Sequence record: SRR20825010_2287
Reading direction: 5' to 3' (one strand)
Length of the DNA stretch: 33,382 bases
Below are positions 26,785 to 33,382 of the stretch, piece after piece. A program made the position numbers and the translations under genes. The notes under the pieces were generated by a model. It was not told where the DNA came from. It did not search any database and saw nothing but the letters and a program-made list of their open reading frames with translations. Positions within the stretch are counted from its first letter, which is position 1, and every line of letters starts with the position of its first letter.

Positions 26785-27279
26785 TTACTTAACCGCTTCT
26801 CCTTTTTTTAACCAAAGGCCAAAGATGCCCTTATAAACATGTACTTTTTCTGTGGCTTGTCCTTTATTGTCTACCACTTCTAAACCCTCGTTTTTCCAGT
26901 TTACAATGCCCAAATCAATGTTACGCACATTCGAAAAGCCTTGGCTATGAAGTTCTTTGGCCAAACTCGCGCTTCGAACTCCTACGGTACAATACACTAA
27001 AATCTTAGTATCGGGTTCAATGTTTTTCAACACTTCGTGCGTAAAACGTTTTGCCCCCGACAAATGACTGACTTCATATTCCGCCTGTTCACGCACATCC
27101 AAAATCAACACCTCTTGGGATTGAATTAAGTTTTTCGCTTCTAACGGGCTAATGTTCGAAACCTCTTTAGGGTAGAATAAACGTGCGGTTTGCGGTGTAA
27201 AGTAAAGTATTGTCGTCAGTAGAAACAGGAGCCCAAATGGCCAAATTAGCATCCGTTTTCCAAGTTTTTTAAACGCCAT
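26785..27279 (-). CDS. Membrane-anchored or exported rhodanese-domain protein
   Basis: N-terminal hydrophobic helix; ILDVRE..EYEVSHL.GA; active-site loop YCTVGVRS; GIVNW; C-terminal VHVY...W. Confidence 0.88.
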   Translation of the reverse strand: MAFKKLGKRMLIWPFGLLFLLTTILYFTPQTARLFYPKEVSNISPLEAKNLIQSQEVLILDVREQAEYEVSHLSGAKRFTHEVLKNIEPDTKILVYCTVGVRSASLAKELHSQGFSNVRNIDLGIVNWKNEGLEVVDNKGQATEKVHVYKGIFGLWLKKGEAVK

Positions 27280-27362
27280 TGAGTTTCCTTAAGGATATTT
27301 GATCGGTTTGTTCAACAATCATGTTTGGCCAAGTTAAATAATTATTACTTTGGGTACTGAAG

Positions 27363-28355
27363 ATGTTGAAATCAAAAAGACTTAGTGTAGAAGCCTATAC
27401 CGAAGGAATCTTGAATTCTGATCGCCTGATCTTGAGTCGTGCCATTACTTTGGTGGAGAGTAATTTACCATCCGATATTGAACTGGCGCAAGCGCTGTTA
27501 GAAAACATTATTCCACATGCTGGCAAAGCCACACGCATTGGTATTACGGGAGTTCCTGGTGTTGGAAAAAGCACTTTCATCGAATCCTTTGGTGAGTTTC
27601 TAACGCAGCAAGGCAAAAACTTAGCGGTACTTACCATCGACCCAAGTAGCCAACTGAGCAAAGGCAGTATTTTGGGCGATAAGACCAGAATGGAAACTTT
27701 GGCCAGAAACCCTAAAGCCTTTATCCGTCCATCAGCATCGGGCACTGCCCTTGGTGGAGTAAGTGGGAAAACCAGAGAGGCGATGCTGCTTTGCGAAGCC
27801 GCTGGTTTCGATGTTATTTTTATTGAGACCGTAGGTGTTGGCCAATCAGAAACTTTGGTGCACGGCATGGTAGATTTCTTCTTATTACTCATGCTGGCTG
27901 GAGCAGGCGATGAATTGCAAGGCATAAAAAAAGGCATCATGGAAATGGCCGATGCGGTAGTCATTAATAAAGCAGATGGCGACAATATTAAAGCTGCAAA
28001 ACGTGCCAGAATTGAATACCAAAATGCACTTCATTTGTTCCCCGCTTCTGAATCAGGTTGGATTCCTGAAGTAAAAACCTGTTCTGCATTACAAAACACT
28101 GGTTTGTCTGAAATATGGGAAATGGTGGAGAAATACGTTCGTCACACCCAAACCAACGGTTACTTTGAGGTGAACCGAAAAGCTCAGAATTTAAACTGGA
28201 TGAAGGAAAACATCAGTGCTTTATTAGAGCAAGAATTTTATTCCAATGATGATGTAAAAAGCAGTCTTCCCGAAATCACCAAAGCCGTTAAAACTGGTTC
28301 TTTACCTGCGTTGAATGCAGCCAGACAGCTAATTCAAAAATTTAAGGGCAAATAA
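27363..28355 (+). CDS. meaB: Methylmalonyl-CoA mutase-associated GTPase MeaB/ArgK
   Basis: GITGVPGVGKST; IDPSS; GSILGDKTRM; ETVGVGQSE; GDELQGIKKG; NKAD. Confidence 0.95.
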   Translation: MLKSKRLSVEAYTEGILNSDRLILSRAITLVESNLPSDIELAQALLENIIPHAGKATRIGITGVPGVGKSTFIESFGEFLTQQGKNLAVLTIDPSSQLSKGSILGDKTRMETLARNPKAFIRPSASGTALGGVSGKTREAMLLCEAAGFDVIFIETVGVGQSETLVHGMVDFFLLLMLAGAGDELQGIKKGIMEMADAVVINKADGDNIKAAKRARIEYQNALHLFPASESGWIPEVKTCSALQNTGLSEIWEMVEKYVRHTQTNGYFEVNRKAQNLNWMKENISALLEQEFYSNDDVKSSLPEITKAVKTGSLPALNAARQLIQKFKGK

Positions 28356-28392
28356 AAAGCTCCTGCCAAAAGTGATTTCTTTTGGCAGGAGC
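28354..28392 (-). terminator. Strong hairpin terminator between convergent genes
   Basis: 14-bp stem GCTCCTGCCAAAAG-TGATTT-CTTTTGGCAGGAGC with the A-tract on the left (U-tract for the minus strand). Confidence 0.75.
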
Positions 28393-28450
28393 CATATCCC
28401 CAATCTTCTTAAGAGTGAAATAAGTGTAGTGTTAGAAGCTGCTAGGCTAC

Positions 28451-28558
28451 TTTTCCCCTCCCGAAGCTTCGGGATTGAAAAGGGGGTTAGGGGGATTAGA
28501 ATTACAATTTTAAAAATAATAAAGCCCAATCCTCCCAACCTCCTTCGCCAAGGAGGAG
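28451..28558. repeat. Inverted pair of REP-like elements, the left copy interrupted by a 16-bp palindrome
   Basis: AAGGGGGTTAGGGGGATT versus AATCCTCCCAACCTCCTT (15/18 complementary); hairpin CCTCCTT-CGCC-AAGGAGG; TCCCGAAGCTTCGGGA at 28459-28474. Confidence 0.7.
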
Positions 28559-28567
28559 TTATAAAAT

Positions 28568-29284
28568 TTATTTTTCTCCTTTTCTTACACTTGAAGCACC
28601 AGAAGTATCTGAGTCTACCGAAGCATTTCCACGATAGCGAACACTAGAGGCGCCAGAAACATTGGCTTCTAATCTTTCAGAAACATTCACTCTTGCATTG
28701 CTGGCACCAGAAATACGCAAGTCTGCAATTTTATTCTGAAGGTCATAAGCACTGTAAGTAGAGGCTCCAGTTATACGTACTGTTTGTTTATCTGCTCTGC
28801 CTTTCAAGTTGATTACACATGAACCAGAAACTTCTAGGTTCAAATCATTCACATCCAAATCTAAATTTAGAGATGACGCTCCCGAAAGGTCAATGCTCAT
28901 TTTACTGCTTTCTAAAGTCTGCATGGTTTTAATGGAAACCGCACCACTGGCAGAAATGGATTCAAGCGACTTTACAGTAAGATAAGCCCTTGGGGTTTCT
29001 CTCATCCTGTAGCCTCTTCTTCCTGATTGATCTCTCATTTTGATGGTCAATCGGCCTCCTCTTACTTCTGTGATTACATCATCCATATAGTCTTCATCAA
29101 TCTCTATTTCTAAAGACTCTTGATTTCCAACTCGGATTTCAACGGCAAAAGCATTGCTTACGCTCAACTCTCTAACGCCAGATATTTCTCTTTTCTGCTT
29201 GGCTTGCCCAAAAGCGGTCATGGCAAACATTACCATAACAGCGGCAAGTAAAGTGGGTCTCGAAATTCTTAATAATGTCTTCAT
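28568..29284 (-). CDS. Head GIN-domain (DUF2807) beta-helix protein, secreted
   Basis: Signal peptide ...TAFG/Q; repeated (S/T)G(A/S)S turns; VSGASSVRYRGN. Confidence 0.88.
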   Translation of the reverse strand: MKTLLRISRPTLLAAVMVMFAMTAFGQAKQKREISGVRELSVSNAFAVEIRVGNQESLEIEIDEDYMDDVITEVRGGRLTIKMRDQSGRRGYRMRETPRAYLTVKSLESISASGAVSIKTMQTLESSKMSIDLSGASSLNLDLDVNDLNLEVSGSCVINLKGRADKQTVRITGASTYSAYDLQNKIADLRISGASNARVNVSERLEANVSGASSVRYRGNASVDSDTSGASSVRKGEK

Positions 29285-29310
29285 TTTCTTAAAACTTAAA
29301 TCTGGCCTAA

Positions 29311-29337
29311 AGATGGCGGCTCATGTAAAAGGTTGCA
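29311..29337 (-). promoter_or_regulatory. Possible ECF-sigma promoter of the GIN-domain gene
   Basis: TGCAAC-N16-CATCT on the minus strand, 26 nt upstream of the ATG. Confidence 0.4.
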
Positions 29338-29527
29338 TCACCCATCACGAATACTGCTTCAAGATAAATATGTTCACTCATTTAGCAAGGGAGAGGTTAG
29401 ACATGCGGCATTAATTCCTTAAATTCAACAAAAGCTAAACCCCGACTTGATAAGAGTATGTATTACCGTCATAAAAACGACATGTTCAAGCAACTAAAAA
29501 CCTCAACTTGGGTATTATCATCCAGCT

Positions 29528-30862
29528 ATGCATAACATTGTAATTATTGGAAACGGCATTTCGGGCATTACTACGGCCCGGCACATCCGCAAACTCAGTG
29601 ACCATAAAATCACGGTGATTTCGGCTGAAACTGACCATTTCTTCTCCAGAACTGCGCTGATGTACATTTACATGGGCCATATGAAATACGAACACACCAA
29701 ACCTTATGAAGATTGGTTTTGGAAGAAAAACAGGATCGACCTAAAACGTGCCTTTGTAGAAAAGATAGATACTGAAGGTAAAACCCTCCATTTTTCTGAT
29801 GGCGAAACTATGGACTATGATAAGTTGGTTATCGCAACTGGCTCAAAGTCGAATATGTTTGGCTGGCCAGGCCAAGATTTAGAAGGCGTACAAGGGCTTT
29901 ACAGCTATCAGGATTTGGAAACCATGGAAGCCAATACCAAGAACATTTCCAGAGCTGTCATTGTCGGAGGAGGCTTAATTGGTATTGAAATGGCCGAAAT
30001 GCTCCGCTCTAGAAATATTCCGGTTACTTTTTTAGTGCGGGAAGAAAGCTTTTGGGATAATGTGCTGCCGTATGGTGAATCTCAAATGATCAACCGCCAC
30101 ATCAAAGAACATTACATTGATCTTCGGTTGGCGACTGAGTTAAAGGAAATTGTTTCGGACGAAAATGGCCGAGTGAAGTCTGTAATTACGGGAACAGGTG
30201 AAACTATTCAATGTGAATTCGTAGGGCTTACCGCAGGTGTTTCACCCAATATCGAATTTTTAAAAGGTTCGGGAATCAAAACAAAAAGAGGTGTTTTGGT
30301 TGATCCATTCCTTAAAACAAATATTGATGATGTTTATGCCCTTGGCGATTGTGCTGAATTTTTAGAGCCGAATGGAGAGAGAAAAAGCATAGAACAAGTT
30401 TGGTATACAGGCCGAATGATGGGTGAAGCACTCGCCAGAACATTATGCGATAAACCAACCAAATATGAACCTGGGCATTGGTTCAATTCTGCTAAATTTT
30501 TCGACATAGAATATCAGACCTACGGTTGGGTTTGGGCTAAAGCGAAAGAAAATGAAGGTAACTTTTATTGGGAGCATAAGAATGGAAAAATCTGTCTTCG
30601 CTTACGCTGGGACAAAGACACAGGCAAATTGTTGGGTGTAAATAACTTTGGTTTTAGGCTTCGTCACCATGCTTTCGATAAATGGTTTAAAGAAGGAAGA
30701 ACCGTGGACTATGTGCTTGAACACTTAAAAGACGCCAACTTCGATCCCGAACTTTATAAAACCTATGAGGCCGAAATCATCGCTCAATTCAATCTTGAAA
30801 ACGACAAGAACATTCAGCTTAAAAAGAAAAGCTGGAAACGCATTTTAGACTTTGTATCATAA
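29528..30862 (+). CDS. NAD(P)/FAD-dependent oxidoreductase (Pyr_redox_2, ferredoxin/rubredoxin-reductase-like)
   Basis: IIGNGISG; YDKLVIATGS; VGGGLIGIE; YALGDCAE; WFNSAKFFDIEYQTYG. Confidence 0.9.
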   Translation: MHNIVIIGNGISGITTARHIRKLSDHKITVISAETDHFFSRTALMYIYMGHMKYEHTKPYEDWFWKKNRIDLKRAFVEKIDTEGKTLHFSDGETMDYDKLVIATGSKSNMFGWPGQDLEGVQGLYSYQDLETMEANTKNISRAVIVGGGLIGIEMAEMLRSRNIPVTFLVREESFWDNVLPYGESQMINRHIKEHYIDLRLATELKEIVSDENGRVKSVITGTGETIQCEFVGLTAGVSPNIEFLKGSGIKTKRGVLVDPFLKTNIDDVYALGDCAEFLEPNGERKSIEQVWYTGRMMGEALARTLCDKPTKYEPGHWFNSAKFFDIEYQTYGWVWAKAKENEGNFYWEHKNGKICLRLRWDKDTGKLLGVNNFGFRLRHHAFDKWFKEGRTVDYVLEHLKDANFDPELYKTYEAEIIAQFNLENDKNIQLKKKSWKRILDFVS

Positions 30863-30877
30863 TTCAAATAGACAATA

Positions 30878-32305
30878 ATGTCGACTAAAGAACCGAATCT
30901 ATCCATTGCCAATCCGCATCCAGAAGATACAGATGTGATCCAAAAAGTAGCCTTAGTGGTGGCCTGCTTTGGAGTGCTTATACTGTTAGCGGCTTGGGCC
31001 AATGTAGCCTTAGATGCTGCGATATTTATGCCCATCGCCATTATCTCGATGATTGGAGGAACCACAGTTTATGGTGCCCGAAGTTATTTGAAGCAACCAG
31101 AAGGAGTCAAGAATAACGGGGTTTGGCATTTTTCTTTGACCAGCCGAGGGGCATTTGCTTGGGCAGTTGGAATTTTACTCACAGGCTTTTATATCCTGTT
31201 GTATTGGTTTCCTGGCTATGTAGGCTTTGTCCAGAGTGGTGAAAATCAAGGTTTAGTCGCCCTTTTCGATCCCTTAAGTATGGCCATAAAAAGCCGTCCT
31301 GCCAGTCAATGGTTTATGTACGGAACACTTTATACCATCGCTATTTTGGCTTTGGGAATGAAGTTCATTTTCAAGTATCGCCATAACCGCTATCAGCTTA
31401 TCAGAACCATTTCGGTGATGATTGCCCAACTGGTTTTTGCCTATACTATTCCTGAAATATTAGCGGCCCTAAATTATAACGATGTAACCTCCACCGCTGG
31501 CGAATATGTTGGCTACTACGATGCAGACATCAAGAATGTCTGGCCACTCGATTACGACTTCTTTTATAGCTATCATTTAGATGCAATGCAGGAAGAAGCC
31601 TATCAGCCCATTGGCATGATTTATTTAATCGCTGGTATGGCCTTATTCTTAATCGGCACCCCCATTCTTACTTACTTGATAGGCAAACGTTGGTATTGCT
31701 CTTGGGTGTGTGGTTGCGGTGGCTTGGCCGAAACTGCAGGAGATCCATTCCGTCACCTTTCTTCAAAAAAATTGGGCGCATGGCAGCTAGAACGCTGGCT
31801 CATTCACAGTGTGATGATATTCGTTTTTGTAATGACGGCCGTTACACTCTATGGATATTTTACGGGTAGCAGTTCTGTTTTTGGGCTCGATATCTATTCT
31901 AAATTCCAAAAACCTTATGGTTTCTTTATCGGAGCCATTTTCTCAGGAATTATCGGAGTTGGTTTTTATCCCATGTTGGGCAATCGTGTTTGGTGCCGCT
32001 TTGGCTGCCCAATGGCAGGTTACATGGGCATTATCCAACGTTTCAAATCGAAGTTTAGAATTACCACAAATGGCGGTCAGTGCATTTCTTGCGGAAACTG
32101 CTCTACCTATTGTGAGCAAGGAATTGATGTTAGGGCCTATGCCCAGAAAGGTCAGAATATTGTTCGTGCGAGTTGTGTAGGTTGCGGAGTTTGTTCTGCG
32201 GTTTGCCCAAGAGGAGTACTAAAATTAGAAAATGGCCCAGAAGAAAAACGTTACGATTTACCTCCAATTATTATTGGTAATGAAAGCGTGAAAATTTCAG
32301 ATTAA
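30878..32305 (+). CDS. Polytopic membrane 4Fe-4S binding protein (NapH/YccM-like)
   Basis: About 8 hydrophobic segments; CSWVCGCG; CRFGCP; CISCGNCSTYC; CVGCGVCSAVCP. Confidence 0.9.
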   Translation: MSTKEPNLSIANPHPEDTDVIQKVALVVACFGVLILLAAWANVALDAAIFMPIAIISMIGGTTVYGARSYLKQPEGVKNNGVWHFSLTSRGAFAWAVGILLTGFYILLYWFPGYVGFVQSGENQGLVALFDPLSMAIKSRPASQWFMYGTLYTIAILALGMKFIFKYRHNRYQLIRTISVMIAQLVFAYTIPEILAALNYNDVTSTAGEYVGYYDADIKNVWPLDYDFFYSYHLDAMQEEAYQPIGMIYLIAGMALFLIGTPILTYLIGKRWYCSWVCGCGGLAETAGDPFRHLSSKKLGAWQLERWLIHSVMIFVFVMTAVTLYGYFTGSSSVFGLDIYSKFQKPYGFFIGAIFSGIIGVGFYPMLGNRVWCRFGCPMAGYMGIIQRFKSKFRITTNGGQCISCGNCSTYCEQGIDVRAYAQKGQNIVRASCVGCGVCSAVCPRGVLKLENGPEEKRYDLPPIIIGNESVKISD

Positions 32306-32345
32306 CTGAATAGCATCATCACTTAACAAGAAATAAATTGTCATC

Positions 32346-32825
32346 TCAGGTGGTAGAGATAATCTCCTCAATCTGACCCAAATGATGTTTTAAGTGCTTG
32401 ATATAATCATTGATGAAATACTCAAGCGTTGTGGGCTGGTCTGCTGGAACTGGTTTCCAAGCTATTTTATCTAGGTTATGATTTGCTCTTTCCTTTGTTA
32501 ACACCTTGTCAGGAATTTGGCTCACAATGTAATCGATATGCAGGTTGTACTGCCTCCATAGAATGATCAAATCATGCCATTGCGCACCCGCATAATTTTG
32601 ATTTTCAACCCAAGCTACTTGGTCGTAGCCTTCAAAAATCAAGTCATCCGTAAATTGGGCCTTTACAAACCGAGCATGGTTATTTGCTGCCGAATCGATC
32701 ATATGTCCCACAATTTCTTGAATCGACCATTTGCCAGCACCGAGCCTTAAATTAGCTTCGTTTTCGGGCATCATCATAAAGCGCTCAAAGGCGGAAAGAA
32801 TGGTTTCTCTTAAATTATGTTCCAT
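32346..32825 (-). CDS. DinB-family protein
   Basis: GKWSIQEIVGHMIDSAANNH; YDQVAWV; HLKHHLGQI. Confidence 0.88.
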   Translation of the reverse strand: MEHNLRETILSAFERFMMMPENEANLRLGAGKWSIQEIVGHMIDSAANNHARFVKAQFTDDLIFEGYDQVAWVENQNYAGAQWHDLIILWRQYNLHIDYIVSQIPDKVLTKERANHNLDKIAWKPVPADQPTTLEYFINDYIKHLKHHLGQIEEIISTT

Positions 32826-32840
32826 AGCTGCTGGTTAAAT

Positions 32841-32869
32841 AAAAAGCCCGATTCAATGAATCGGGCTTT
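32841..32869 (-). terminator. Intrinsic terminator after metK
   Basis: AAAAAGCCCGATTCA-A-TGAATCGGGCTTT. Confidence 0.85.
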
Positions 32870-32892
32870 GGGTTAATATTTATAAGTAAAGC

Positions 32893-33382
32893 TTAAAGCC
32901 CGAAAGCTGCTTTTACTTGGTCTTGATAATCTAATTTTTCCCAAGTAAATAATTCCACTTCTCTCTCGTGCGACTTTCCGTCAGCACCAATGAAGCTTTT
33001 CTTTACTATTTCATTCTTTCTACCCATGTGGCCATAAGCCGCAGTTTCCAAATACATTGGGTTTCTCAATTTCAATCTTGTTTCGATTGCGTAAGGACGC
33101 ATATCAAATACCTTAGTCACGATTTTAGCAATCTCACCATCGGTCATATCCACATGAGCAGTTCCGTATGTTGAAACGAAAATACCCATTGGCTCAACCA
33201 CTCCAATGGCATAAGAAACTTGTACCAAAACTTCGTCAGCCACACCCGCAGCCACTAAGTTTTTAGCGATATGTCTTGTAGCGTAAGCTGCAGAACGGTC
33301 TACTTTCGAAGGATCTTTTCCTGAAAATGCACCTCCACCGTGAGCACCTTTTCCACCGTAAGTATCTACAATAATTTTTCTT
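32893..33382 (-). CDS. metK: S-adenosylmethionine synthetase, 3' part (runs off the window end)
   Basis: Frame open to the edge: [33 protein letters not shown]...QVSYAIG...TAAYGHMGR. Confidence 0.97.
   Translation of the reverse strand, partial: RKIIVDTYGGKGAHGGGAFSGKDPSKVDRSAAYATRHIAKNLVAAGVADEVLVQVSYAIGVVEPMGIFVSTYGTAHVDMTDGEIAKIVTKVFDMRPYAIETRLKLRNPMYLETAAYGHMGRKNEIVKKSFIGADGKSHEREVELFTWEKLDYQDQVKAAFGL

Noticed and set aside
27395..27985. 196-aa ORF antisense to meaB
   Set aside because: Codon-aligned mirror of a conserved gene, with no recognisable motifs
28329..28647. 69-aa and 91-aa track ORFs
   Set aside because: They run through the terminator and REP-like repeats and overlap real genes; stop-poor repeat sequence explains them
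32346..33382. metK and DinB as members of the putative arsenic cluster (SAM supply, thiol transfer)
   Set aside because: They are convergent to the oxidoreductase operon, metK is universal housekeeping, and only proximity supports the link
1..33382. CRISPR array, IS element, riboswitch or defence system
   Set aside because: I saw no regularly spaced direct repeats, transposase motifs or recognisable riboswitch cores; a covariance-model search would be needed to exclude short ncRNAs

Overview
Core chromosomal DNA from a Bacteroidota genome, probably marine Cytophagales (inferred from gene content, TAnnTTTG promoter boxes and a T9SS-type C-terminal domain). Housekeeping content: the 3' end of a tRNA, dksA-scpB-rluB, asd plus a SAM methyltransferase, rimP-nusA-infB, an M28/glutaminyl-cyclase lipoprotein, rfbB-rfbA, an acyl-CoA dehydrogenase, rpsU-xerC-hpf, meaB and a 5'-truncated metK. 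I found no transposase, prophage or CRISPR array. The most interesting items are: (1) a split gene neighbourhood linked to the TIGR04282 'arsenosugar-associated' family (rhodanese, TIGR04282 transferase, QEWCG lipoprotein and MOSC on the minus strand; FAD oxidoreductase plus membrane 4Fe-4S protein on the plus strand); (2) a 2487-aa secreted protein with 5 lamin-tail domains and about 14 Ig-like repeats, with Cys pairs repeated at a 108-109 aa spacing; (3) three small genes missed by the ORF track, one of them frameshifted; (4) an extended Shine-Dalgarno in front of rpsU; and (5) an inverted REP-like pair carrying a nested 16-bp palindrome. All family assignments come from motif recognition by eye; no database search was run.
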